Shown here: piece by piece, positions 51,490-64,000 of the stretch | Layout: the number at the start of each line of letters is the position of its first letter | Position numbering within the stretch: the first letter of the stretch is position 1 | Source: Epiperipatus broadwayi | Taxonomy: Eukaryota > Animalia > Onychophora | Length of the DNA: 64,000 bases | Reading direction: 5' to 3' | NCBI GenBank assembly: GCA_028023455.1 | Contig: JAQFVV010000003.1 | Location: 1,612,001-1,676,000, forward strand | Translations under genes and position numbers: made by a program | The notes under the pieces: generated by a model | Database searches by the model: none | Told to the model about the DNA's origin: nothing | Seen by the model: only the letters and a program-made list of their open reading frames with translations

Positions 51490-51720
51490 TAAAGCTCACT
51501 AAAATATATAGTTGCTGATGCAGGGTCAAATCAATATGATTTGAGTTCAAATCTTACGAGTGGTTTGAATTTCCAAATTTTAGCTTAAATTGTAAAATAA
51601 AATTAAAGGTGGTTGATAGATATATAATTACATTATTTCCAGATCTGAATATTAAGTCTTATTGATAAGTGCAAAAATCATAAACAGCCTAGGATGATGA
51701 TTTGAATGCCCTACCATCTG
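51490..51720 (+). mobile_element. Possible tRNA-derived SINE relic
   Basis: B-box-like GAGTTCAAATCT at 51543-51554; A-box not convincing. Confidence 0.2.
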
Positions 51721-53950
51721 GTAATCATTGTTTACTCAAATTTACTATAGATAATAAAAGAATAGTGACCTATTCTTATCCAATATACATTGAATTTACT
51801 TTTTATAAAAGAGTTTTAAATAATAACTATAGAATAAGTATGTTATCCTGTCCAAGAAAAATGCAAAAGAATACAATATTTAACAAACTAATCCACTATT
51901 AGCGTGTCTTGATTTTTTTGTTTGTTTTACAGTTTGACTTATGATAAGTAACTATTACTTTTTATTATTAATTAAATGGCTAAATAAATCGACGGAGAAC
52001 TAGCTAGTTGAATAAAAAAAAAAGTAAGCATTTTTGATGTGAATATAAAAGTTGGATGTGGGAAATCATTATACAATGAAACCATACCATCGATGTAATG
52101 TATATTTAAACATTTGTAATTGGAAAAAAAGTTAATATATAAACTATTAAAAATTAGCCTTTTAATAAATGATTTTCTTTAGTTGAAAACATTTTTAAAA
52201 ACAATTATTATTACTTTTCTTTTTATGTTTGTAAAATTTAAAATAAATGTATTTAATAAGGCTTACCTAGCTTTTCTGTTTTTAATTCAAGAAGTATGTT
52301 TTTCAGCATTAGATCAAATAACTAATTGTAGATTTCATGTCTATTAATCATCGCAGGTAAACTGAGCTTTTATTTACTTATTTTAAATAATAAAAACATT
52401 AAAGATAAAATTGTTTTTTAAACAAAAACAATTTTTTTTATGAAGTTTTTATAATATTTCAAGTTCTTTATGCATTTTATATATTTTCAAATTATAGTGT
52501 ACTCAGCACATAATGGCAATTTGTTATATTGATACAGATTTAAATTATATATAATATTATTTAGTCAGTTTTGGCAATACCTACTTAATACCTGAATTCA
52601 TAAAGTCCACTAACATTTTTTGGAAGAGGACATCATTCTAGTCATCTATTTATAGGACCACCACATGCAGGTTATGTTAGGTATATAGGTGCTTTATTAA
52701 TGGGGATACTATAGTTACCAAATAATTAATACATTTCTATGTAAATAAAAAGGTATAAATTTCCAAATTACTCCATTGTAAAAGCTTGATTGATTGCAAA
52801 ATTTTTTAATGTAAATATAAGAGGATTACTTTTTTACTTAAGATTTGTGATGAGTGCTCATATATTACAGTACTTATATGTTTTATCATTGTGTTAAACT
52901 GAATAGACCAGCACCATTTCACTGCAAGAATTAATAAAATTTATATGTACAGTAAATAAAATCCTAGATCACTCCATTATTAAAAACATATTTGATTATA
53001 AGTATTTTTTATTTAAATATGTTAGTCTTGTGACAACTATATGATATATACTACATATTATATACTCTATTATTGTGCTAAGTTGAACAAACCAGTATCA
53101 TGCCACAGTGATAATTAAAAAAATTTATATGTAAATGAAAATGTTTGGATTTTTGAATCACTTTTATTTAAATATTCTAATTTGTAGGAAAAAATGACAC
53201 ATTGCTATTAACAATTTAAAAAAATAATCATATTTAAAAAGTATTGCCTCAGAGACAGAGTCACATAGTAGATAATTACATTTATCAATCATACTTTATT
53301 AAATGCTATCATTTTTTTTTTCATTACAGTGCAGTGATATAGTGTCATTCTCTGTGGTTTTAGATTCTAGGATTAATTCCAGTGCCATCTAGAATGTACT
53401 TTTTTAATACCAATATTATTTTTTAACATGTTTTAGTATTCTACTTTAACTTGAATTTGAGTCATGATGTAGTGGTTTCCTAGCTAAAATTTCACAATTG
53501 ATTCATAATAGTATCCATGCATATCTGAAAAATATAGTTTTTGATTGTGCACAACAGTTCAAGCTCAAGAAAAGCAGAATTAGTAAAAATACACATACTT
53601 TATATAAAAAAATATATGTATCAAAATATTTAATTCTTAACAAATATCATTGAATATCATTATTATTCAATACCAGTCTGTGAATAATTACATAATGCCA
53701 TTTGAAAGCTCTTCTAAATAATGATGCTACTGGGTAAATTATTTGTTATCTAGTGGAACCTATTAAGTATTTAATTTTTTTAGTATAAAATTAAAATAAA
53801 GTGCAAATGGATGTTAATGGCTACTAAAAATTTATTGAATAATGAAAGTATAAAAAGTGAAAATATCAGACTGTATAATATGTACATAATACAATGTAGC
53901 CTTCTTCAAAAAGTATAATAACTACATTTTTTATTGCATTTCCAAATGTA

Positions 53951-54236
53951 TACCATATAATGCTAAATCATCCATGCGCTTTACTACTGTTACCTAATGC
54001 TTTATTTTACCACTCTCTTTTACAGTTTGCAGTTTTGATTGCCTCAGCAATCTTCTTCAGAACTTTTATATCTCCTAACTTCAACTGCTGTTGAACTGCA
54101 GCTGAAGTTAGGAGATATAAAAGTTCTCAAGAAGATTTATGGGGCAACTGAAACTTTAAACTGTAAAAAAAGGTGGTAAAATAAAGCATTGTGTAACAGT
54201 AATAAAGTGCATGGATGATTTAGCTTTTATATGGTA
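53951..54236. mobile_element. Foldback MITE, ~286 bp, almost entirely inverted repeat
   Basis: TACCATATAATGCTAAATCATCCATG.. / ..CATGGATGATTTAGCTTTTATATGGTA; near-perfect core AGAACTTTTATATCTCCTAACTTCA / TGAAGTTAGGAGATATAAAAGTTCT; TA at both ends. Confidence 0.85.
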
Positions 54237-55004
54237 ATAGAGTATAGTATGATTAAATTATTAATAATGAAATACCAAGCACATAAAAAAAATAATTATC
54301 TAATAATTTTCTTATCCACCTTTGTTAATAGAAAACATAAACAAGTTATGAATGAGAGATTCTGAATTAAACTATTTAGAAACTAATAGATTTTGAAACA
54401 ATTAACTATTTTCAGCAACCTAATTAACATGCTGGTTAAATTTTACTATTGGAATCTGGAAGTTACATTACCCTTTTTATAACTATTGTAGTCCAGAAAA
54501 AATAAAAATATACTGAATAAAGGAAATAATCTTTTTGTTTTACAATGGAAGATGTAGCTGCAGACTTTGGAGGTGGAAAAGCAGAAGAGCCCCCATTGGC
54601 TGTCACATCCTAGAAAATAACCACTAACTGTAGATAGTGACCATATAGGCTCATTATAGGTCACCCGATCTTATGTTTGTAGTAAGCTCTGTGGGCTACA
54701 TAGATTATACAGATAGATAAAACAGAAGCATAATTACTTATATAAGATTATATATGTAAATCATATTTCTAAATTTTTAACTTACATGGTATAAATAGAT
54801 ATAGTTCCAAATATATATATTAATATTATTGTATATATAAATAATTATTTGCATTAAACTAATGTTAAATTATTCCTCTTATTATTGGGTCATTGTATCC
54901 TGTGTATATTTCTTATTCTACTTGTGAAAAATTTATATTCATTTGTTCTGAACTCTCTAGTCAAGGATACAACATGGACAAAATGTCAAAGAAGTTATCT
55001 AGAG

Positions 55005-55461
55005 CAGGGGTGGCCAACTTTTGTGTTTATAAGATCTATTTTTCATTTTAAAAATGTGTTGTGATCAACTTGTTGTCATAGGCGATCGACTATAGTCTAA
55101 GTAGAGGAAGGTGTAAAATACATACTGTTTTTATATATCTACCTAGTAAAAAATAACAATTACTTAATGGGCTAAAAAACTCATGGCGGGGGAATTAAAG
55201 CAACATGAATAATTATTAACAATATTTATTAATTCAAATTAGCTATATTAAGTCAAGATTAAAAATATTATTTTCAATAATGATATGACTTTAGTGGACT
55301 TCACCTATCTAGAATTGAAAAAAAAATTAGAACAATAACAAAAAAACTTGAAAATCTTGACTTAATTTGTTTCATTCATTACCTGACAGCTCTTCCCAAA
55401 TTGGCCTTGCAATCAACCAAAATTGACTTTGTGATCATGATCAACTTGTTGGACACCCCTG
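55005..55461. mobile_element. hAT (Charlie/Buster-type) MITE, 457 bp
   Basis: TIRs CAGGGGTGGCCAAC / GTTGGACACCCCTG (13 of 14 match); 8-bp TSD ATCTAGAG / ATCTAAAG; subterminal GATCAAC/GATCGAC motifs. Confidence 0.92.
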
Positions 55462-56749
55462 ATCTAAAGTTTGAAACAGAGAAATAAGTTGAAGAAAGTT
55501 GTAATTCTGAGAGTAAAAAACCTGAAACTTCCTGATTTCACATTAAATTTCTATGTTAATGATGCAGGAACTTAAAAAAATTAAGAAAAATTAGTTGAAA
55601 ATGTTATTTTAGTCAGGTAATTGATAAGGATTTTTTTAAATATGAATCTGGTCATAAATTTTCAGGATTATATTATTATTACCAATGTGGAGAGAAAATT
55701 TTTAGAAGTTATTTTCTAACCTCAAAGTAGTTAATATGTAAATAAAAAAGTAAAAATGCAAATAATGTAAATAATTATAATTTTTTTAATGTTCTACTGT
55801 TTCTTTATATTTTGTTAAATAAAATTTTATAAAATTCATTTCGTTTTAATTTATAAACTTTATTTCATGGAACTGGTTCGTGTATGCTGAAATTTAATTT
55901 CCATAAAGATGCCGGTCACCATGCTGCAACCTTGTCTATTTACATTACTTATAAGTATTCTGTATCTTCAGAAATTAGAAAAGGTGGCATATTTATTTAA
56001 TGTTAATACTAATCTTGAAAATGATATTGTTTGATATAAATACATTTTAGAAAGAGAAAATAAACACTATGAAGAGGGAGTTTTTGCTATCTATTTACAG
56101 AAACACTATCACATTTTTTTTCCACTGAAATATTATCTATGCAGTACATATATTTATTTTTATGCTTGGATTAAGTTGATCAATAAAAAAAAAAAACATA
56201 TGTTTAAGAGAAATGAATATACTTATGTACATTTATTATATGTCTATCACATTTACTCACATAATATCAACACATTGTAGTATCATTTTATAGATTCTTG
56301 AATGAAGAAAAAAATATTCATTTAATGACCATATTTATTTAATGGCAATTCACTCAAACAGGCTTGGATAACTTATAACTAGCCACAAAAGTTTAAATTA
56401 TGAAAACTATATTCCTTTCTTTTAACTATATCCATGCCTTTTATATACTATAGTTTATATTAATTTTATTTAGATTTCATTTCAATAAACTGTGCTCTCA
56501 GTATTATACAAATATACACAATTTAAATGTGTAACACAAAAATAAACTCTAAATGTAGAATGAAAATTACATTTATTTGCACCAAAACAACAAACTTTCA
56601 TGTAGTAATTATATTTAGTATAAATATTTTAATATAAATAAATTGGTTTTAATTTATAGTATATAGAAAGGACTTTAAATAATTCTTAATATTAAGTAAG
56701 CCATACAAAATATTATAAAATATTATGAGCACAGATTGTCCATGTCTGT

Positions 56750-57000
56750 CTTCAAAGGTGGAATCTGGCTTCTGCTGCAAGTGAAAAATCATATTTAACT
56801 TTGTCATATGCATTTTTATATTCTTACATAAGTGTTTCTTTTTACAATGCTCCAGTCATTTTTTGTAAACCTGAGAAGTTAATTGTGACCAAATGGTGGT
56901 AAATCAACACTATATTCCAAACCAGTTTATGGATTTTTGCTTTCATCAATAAATATTTAGGATTCAGGATCTACTTAATTATACAAGCAAGTTAATCTAT
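56750..57000 (-). mobile_element. Possible Tc1/IS630-like transposase C-terminal relic
   Basis: Minus strand: D..AKIH, WF, DLPP and WSIVKRNTY, resembling DNA.IH..WF..WPP.SPDLNPIENLW. Confidence 0.3.
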
Positions 57001-57289
57001 ATTTAAATCTTAGACTTTTAATGAGTTTCAAGCTATTAGTTTGACTGGTACACAAAAGTAAAGATAACTGCTAGTTCTATAAGAGCATTACTTTCAGTTT
57101 TGAATCTAAAAACCTCACAGATAAAGGCAAATACAGAAACTGGTCTGATAATGTTGATATTGTAGGACTATATTATCTGATAATCAGTTATTACCCAGGC
57201 TTATAATAGAAGGCTCTGAAATAGGATGAAAAAAAAACTTCCATTATACATATGAATGAAATAATAAAGCAAGTCATATATAACATGAC

Positions 57290-57823
57290 ATAAGCTTAAA
57301 ACCACTTGTTCTAGGGATAAGAATGTTCCAGATAGAGATTTTTAATATTTTCTCTTACAACACTTATCAATTAAGAGCTTGTTTGAGCTATTGGTACACT
57401 CTCTTTATTACATTTTTGTAAATACAAGCTTATAAAAGCAATGTCACATTATATATGACTTGCTTTATCAATTATTATAATTTTACCCATATGGCTTTGG
57501 CTATGCTGAGGCTATTAATACAAGGTAGATCTGAATTTGGTTTAGTCCCATATAGATACTTAAGTTAGATAACTGGAGTAAAAGACATTTTCATGTCTAA
57601 AAACTTTAGAGTTTCTACTTAAATATTGCATATGAAATAAGTACTGTGTTTTGAGTTGATGTCTTAGATCTAGTGTCTGAATATTCTAGCTCCTCACTGA
57701 GGTAAACCATAAGCTCAAAACCAATTGGTCTGGGAATAAGAATGTTCTGGATAGAGATTTTAAATATTTTCTCTTACTGCACTTATCAATTAAGAGCTTG
57801 TTTGAGCTATTGGTATACTCTCT
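57290..57823. repeat. ~115-bp direct repeat pair (57290-57404, 57710-57823)
   Basis: Shared ATAAGAATGTTC..GATAGAGATTTT..CACTTATCAATTAAGAGCTTGTTTGAGCTATTGGTA.ACTCTCT. Confidence 0.9.
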
Positions 57824-58849
57824 GTATACGAATGAAATTAATGTATTCAAATAACTTTATCAATAGCAAATTGTAGTCTAAATTAAATCTCTTTATAATT
57901 TAATACAGAGATACTTATTGTACCAAAAATCTTAAATAAGAATACTAGAAAAGTTATATCCAACTCATTATTAAAAATATAAAATGTCTTCCAAATAATT
58001 GCTAGTCCTTGCAGAAATCAAATGAAGATGAACCCGATTGGTTCTAGTAAATGTGTATGCAAATATATATTGTGACTGTAAGTTAGTGGTTTGCATTGAA
58101 AAAAAAAAGTTTAATTATAAGAAACAAAGTGATTATAAAGGACAAACCCTTTAACTCCAATAGTTTATTTCTTAACATTCTGTGAATCATTATTTTGTAT
58201 ATAATTTAGGATATCTAATATATATTTTATTTTTATAAAAAATGAACATCTTAATCATTCGCGTTAGAAACTAAATAAAAACAGCGATAATTCAGTATAA
58301 GAATATATGCCATTTAATACATTTTACAGACACGTATATATGAGTAAGATAAGTATACAATTGGTTTGAATACTTATGCGTTAAAAAGGGAGACGATTTT
58401 TATATTCTTAAAACAAAGGAGGGGGGGGGTATATTATTATTATGGGTAGTCTTCTCTTAGCGTGTTGAAACCATGAGAGAGCGTACTTTTTATATAAACA
58501 AACACAAATATAACGTCATTGGGCCTTTTTTTTTCATTTTCAATTTTAACATTATTTTCTAAAATGGAATAATTACGTTTTAAATTGCATTATACATTTT
58601 AGCTCCTTGTGACATTTTGCAAACTATTTTTAAACAATTTACGAAACGACATTATTTTGTAAAAAAAAAAAAATTATATTCGGAAATACAAGAATTACAT
58701 ATTTATAGTTGATATTCCTAATCATCAGAAACATTCTAATGAATTGAAATTAGAACTTGAAAATCGTTTTTGAATGATAACAGAAATTGAATATAATTTA
58801 CATTTGAATAAAATCAAAAGGAAAATAACTGATACCCGTTTAAAAATCA

Positions 58850-60670
58850 GCATTTGCCCAGTAAAATTTCTACTAGGACTAAAGACTTTATAAAGAAAAG
58901 AAAGAATATGAAAATATATAAAAATGATGCATTAAGAAAGATAGAATATCTCGAATTTTGTAATATAGTGCAAAAAAGAATTGATAATGATATAAGAAAG
59001 TATAATTGTAAACTAGCAAGAAAAGCTATTGAAGAGAATAAAAGTCTTAAGAATGTAAAATAACATTTTGGTATTGGTAGGAAATATTTCTACAATAAGA
59101 AAAAAAGATGGAACTATTGCTAAAAAGAGAGAAAAGTTCTGTCAAAAATTATATAGTAGTAAAGTACAAAGAGAGGTACCTTTTAAAACTATTATATCTT
59201 CTGAATTATCCAGGAATTTTAATAAAGAAGTGAGACGTGAATTAAATTTATATTAAAAAAGGAAAAACTTCAGGTAGTGGTGGAATTATAATCAATATCT
59301 TAAAAGAAACAGAGAAGAAATAAAAAAAAATTTGACAAAGTTATATACCAAATGATTAAATGATAATGTGTACCAGATGATTGAATGAATGCAGTATTAA
59401 TATTTAAAAAATATGATAAAGGACATATTAGAAATCACAGACTTATCAGTTTTATACAAAATTTTTAACAAGATAATTACAAGTTGTCTACAGGCAATTT
59501 TAGATTTCAACCAACCAAAAAAAAAAAAAACTGGATTTAAAAGTGGTTTTAGTACAGTAGATCACATCCAAGTATTGAAAGAAGTTATAGAAAGAATCAA
59601 TGAATATGAACTGTCATTATGCTTTGGATTGATAGATTATAGAAAGACATTTGATTCTATAAGCATTTCTTCAATGATTAAAACATTGGATCATCCAGGT
59701 ATGCACCCAAGATATTGTCATATTCAGAAGAATATTTATATCAAATGTAACAGCACTAATTAAATTACATAATGATACTAGGAACATTAACATTGAGAAT
59801 GGTGTAAGACAGGGTGATTCCATATCTCCAAAATATTTTACAGCAACACAGCAAGAAGTATTTTGTTGATCAAAATGGGAAACTAAAGAAATAAAAGTAA
59901 ATGGACATTGTTTAAGTCATCTAAATTTTGCAGATAAAGTAGTTACTTTTTTAAAAATATTGCTTCAGATCTTCAGCAAATGTTTCAAGAGTCATAGATG
60001 AAAGTATAAAAGTAGAACTAAAGGTAGATGTTTAAAAGAATAAAGTAATGTTCAATGAATTTTCTCAAAAGATGAAAATAAAAATTGATAATGACAATTA
60101 GAAGATAACAATTACAAAAACCTTGGTCAGATTATTTCTACTAATGTAAACATAATGGAAGAAATTAATCATAGAATTAAACTTGGTTGGAGAGCTTTTG
60201 ATAGAAATAACAATATTAAAAGGGAATATACCTATGTGTATGAAAAAGGTTTTTAATAAATATGTTTTACCAGTTATTACTTATGGATTTGAGGCTTGGA
60301 CACTTAACAAAAAAGCAATACAGAGATTTCAAACCATTCAAAGAAGTATGGAAAGATGCATATTAGGAGTAACAAAAAAGATCAAAAATAAAATACATGG
60401 GTAAGAGAACAACAGATGTTGTTGTCACCATTGAAAGAATTAAGAGATTGAATGGAATTGGACTGACATATTGCAAGAAAATATGATAATTGATAGACAG
60501 TTGAAATATGAAATTGGATTTCAAGAGATTATAAAAGACTTAGAAAGAGATTACACATGAAATTGACAGATAAAATAAGGAAATGTTTAGGGGTGTTGTG
60601 GAAAAGAGAGGATAGAAATTGAAGAATATGGATTGAACTTGGAGAGACTTCATCCTGCATTGGATTAATA
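58850..60670 (+). mobile_element. 5'-truncated RTE-clade LINE relic
   Basis: KIEYLEFCNIVQKRIDNDIRKYN..AIEENKSLK; LDFNQP..GFKSGFSTVDHI..IDYRKTFDSI; VRQGDSISPK; VLPVITYGFEAWTL..QRSMERCILGV. Confidence 0.92.
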
Positions 60671-63030
60671 ATGGTTAATAATGATATAAATTAGAAATGT
60701 TGAATCTTTGTATCAGTGCATTTACTAAGGCATGAAATATCATTACAGTTAACATTAAAATGATTAATAATTTTCTTAGTGGCTATTAACTGATTGCAAC
60801 AAATATTTTAATTATATTTGGTTTAAGTAACTGATGGTGAATTACTGAATTTAAACATGATTGTTGTGACTAAATTGTAATGTTAAATAAAGTTAATCTA
60901 TTGTAAATTGCTTGGCAAGTCATGCAATATTCAAACACTCAAATGTATTACATATGATGATTTCACTCAATTTTTAAACTGTTTTTTTTTATTTTATTTT
61001 ATTCCTATGAGATTACTCCAGCAATCTTTAGATCTTACAGCACTGTGACAAACTGCACTGTACATTCAAAATTAATAAAACCATATCAAAATATTTTAAG
61101 GTTTTACCAAGCCAAGTTTATTTTTATAAGCTTCAAGCATCACAAATGAAAATAATATTTAAACATTTTTTCCCCCTTGAAAATAAGACAGAATATACAT
61201 TAGTATACTCTTTTATTGTACTTATAGTATGAAGATAAAGAGGCTGGTATTAAAAAAAATACTTCATTATAAACTATTTTATAATGGAATGAAATCCATA
61301 AGTTCAAATATTTTATTTTTTTTGTTTCTATTATTATGCTATTTCAATAAATGTTTTAAATACAGTTAATCTCCAAGACTACAAAATAAAAGATAAATTT
61401 TAACCATATATGTGTAAATCTCTTCAGATCAAACCTATTATTCCAATTTTTGAACACTTCTATTACAATTATTTTTTGTTTCCCACGTAGAGTTATAGAT
61501 GTAAAATCACAGCACAGTGTAAATTTTAAACCACCAAGATATCATCACCTAACTTACAAAACATCAAATAATATTTGATTACACATTTAGTTATCCATTA
61601 GAAATTTATTGGGCAATTTTTTTCCAATCTCATTATGTTTATGCCATTTATATAACTATGCAAGCAAATTGTCTTGGATTGAAATAATTTATAGATTTTT
61701 CAGTTTGGGCTGATAGTTTGATAGTATAATAAAAAAGTACAAAATGGCTGCTGAAAGAATGGTGTATTAAACCCATAGATTCAACTACATTGTTCAAAAA
61801 TTCAAAAGCTGCTCACTGATAAATGCCATAAGTGAGAAATGAGTCTGAGGATATTTGAATAAAACAACACTGGTTAAGGACTTATTAGCATTAACAACTA
61901 ATATTGATTAATTACTAAGGCTTATATTAGATGACATAAGTATAGAGATATTGGAAGAAAATTTCTAAATGTAATCTTTCATATGAAAATCTATGCATTT
62001 AAATTTGTTATTTTGAAAACAGGGAATTGAGAAGTATTAAATTATTGTTAATGTTTTAAAATTATGCTTACTTCTTTAATGAAATTATTTATTTTGCTTT
62101 CGCAAAATTTCAAATTAAATAACAATTGAAAAAGATAAGTTAAGTTCGCCTCTTTTTTTTCTATGCAAACTCTATTAGTTACAGAAATCATATGACTTGG
62201 CCAATATTCTAAAGTTCACCAAGATAAGTTCAAATAAACTGCTACCATTTCCTGCCTCTCAAATCCTCACTGTTATTATTGAAATATTCTGCAATAAGAT
62301 TCAATATTATTTAATATACCTTAATTTTAATTAAATTTAAAATTACAATTATTTCTAGATTCAAATTAACTTACAATTTTGCTTTCTTTTTGCAAAAATT
62401 TAATATTGTCATAATTATGTTTATTATATTTTGATTCCATATTAGTCTACAATTATTATAAGGCTTTAAAACTTAACATCTTCTTAATCATAAATTGTAT
62501 ATTATTTGCTTTATTTGTTTTTATGTCATATATTTTAATATTAAAAATTATTGTCAAATTCTTGCATATGCATTGTTCACCTCGTTCTATCATTTGCAAT
62601 TTTAATGTCCTCTGAAGCTGTTTGCCAAAATTAAATCCAATATCTATTCTGATGAATATTTAGAAATTTGAAGTATTGATTTATTAGTTAACACTTGCTT
62701 AAAATATATTTTCAAGATTCTTTTAATATTTGCGGTATGGTATATTTTGCTACTTGTTATAAAATGTTGATATTTGAGATGTATTGTAGATTGTACTTTG
62801 GGTTGTTAGTGTGACATCCAATGTGTTGTTTAATTGAAATATTTGCTTGAATGATTGGTTGTTCACAACATCTAGCATTTTTGAAATCTAAACTTGGAAT
62901 AAATCTCAAACATCTTTACCCTATTCTCATTTATCATTATTACTCTTATTATTTCATGGCATACAGATATAGGTTTATATACACACATACTCTTTAGCAA
63001 TAAAAACCATAGTTATAATGCTTTTTGATA

Positions 63031-63234
63031 CTATAATAACATATTGGGTTTTTGGAACCATTCCTCTATGACTGGAAACAATTTATTTAATAAAATATTT
63101 AAAGGTACTTTAATTTCAGTGGATGGCAATGCTATTTCACAATAATTACCACAATCTTTATATTCTGATAATTTTTTAAAAATTGAAATAATAAACATAT
63201 TTTTAACATCAGATACATAATTTTGTGAGTCCAT
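63031..63234 (-). mobile_element. LINE RT N-terminal fragment (RTE-like)
   Basis: IISIFKK...CGNYCEIALPS..KVPLNILLNKL matches IPIFKK.D..C.NYR.ISLLS..K...ILL.RL. Confidence 0.7.
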
Positions 63235-64000
63235 ATATTCTTGAAAAAATTCAAATAGTTTGAAGATATTGTATTACCTTTATATTTTCAAACTTTTAAG
63301 GATTTCATAAAGTTTCACATACTTTGATATGAATGTTAAAAGACTGTGATATTTATCAAACTGAATATCTGAGACCAAATCTAAATATTTATAGGATCTA
63401 TATAAGATAAATGTCATAATCTGAAATACTTGTTATGATCTGACTGGTCTTTCTATTCAAAATGTCATTACATAAGAAAATTATATAAACTGATTTGATA
63501 TGTCCATGATATTAATTTTAAATCCATGTACTTTTTTAAAAATCTAAAGCAACAACAATCTTCTAATGATTAAGTTTTCATTGTAGTCTTAATTGTCAAT
63601 GATTTGAAAGTTTTTTTTTAATTATTGAATTCTGATCTAGATTGCTTATGAATTTATATTAATCTTACTATTTAAAAAAGTATCTAATTCTATTTTTAAT
63701 CAAGTCATAATAATGCAATCAATGTCAGAGAATCTTTCAAAAATGTTCATTTTAAGGAGGCCAAAGTCAGGCTTACTCATACCCACCATGCAAACATTGG
63801 AAGTCTCAGATCAATTCATTTTGAAAATTTAAAGTGACAGTTTTACTGTTCAAAAATTGTTGAAATCTAATATGAATAATAATTGTTTCTAAAAAATAAA
63901 TTTCTTACTAATATATGTGTGATATCATTATTATTTAAATTTGATGATGTAGTCTATAAATTCTTCTGTAATATTAATTTCCTTTACATTCTCATTCTAT

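Noticed and set aside
54525-54593. Short reading MEDVAADFGGGKAEEPPLAVTS
   Set aside because: Too short, no splice support; another frame resembles a LINE 3' tail
58015-58046. Possible micro-exon KSNEDEPDWF
   Set aside because: Only weak splice signals and no partner exons

Overview
Very AT-rich, CpG-depleted eukaryotic DNA, probably from an invertebrate animal (inference from composition and transposon content). I found no convincing host protein-coding gene. The window is a transposon graveyard: Penelope-like elements (PLEs; GIY-YIG and RT relics), a near full-length Tx1/L1-like LINE, RTE and other LINE fragments, a mariner relic, piggyBac-like and hAT MITEs, foldback elements, LTR-type relics and many (TA)n tracts. 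Three things stand out. (1) A 721-bp TGTGA...TCACA LTR (30365-31085) is preceded by a polypurine tract and followed by a PBS-like motif and a gag-like ORF. It contains a candidate type III hammerhead ribozyme with all core nucleotides intact (30908-30963). (2) Four PLE relics end in degenerate minimal-hammerhead-like motifs, all apparently hit at the same CpG. (3) A ~640-bp near-perfect PLE palindrome sits in a (TA)n tract inside the LINE endonuclease, and its only substitutions are CpG decays. All calls were made by eye with no database search or folding software, and boundaries of degraded relics are approximate.
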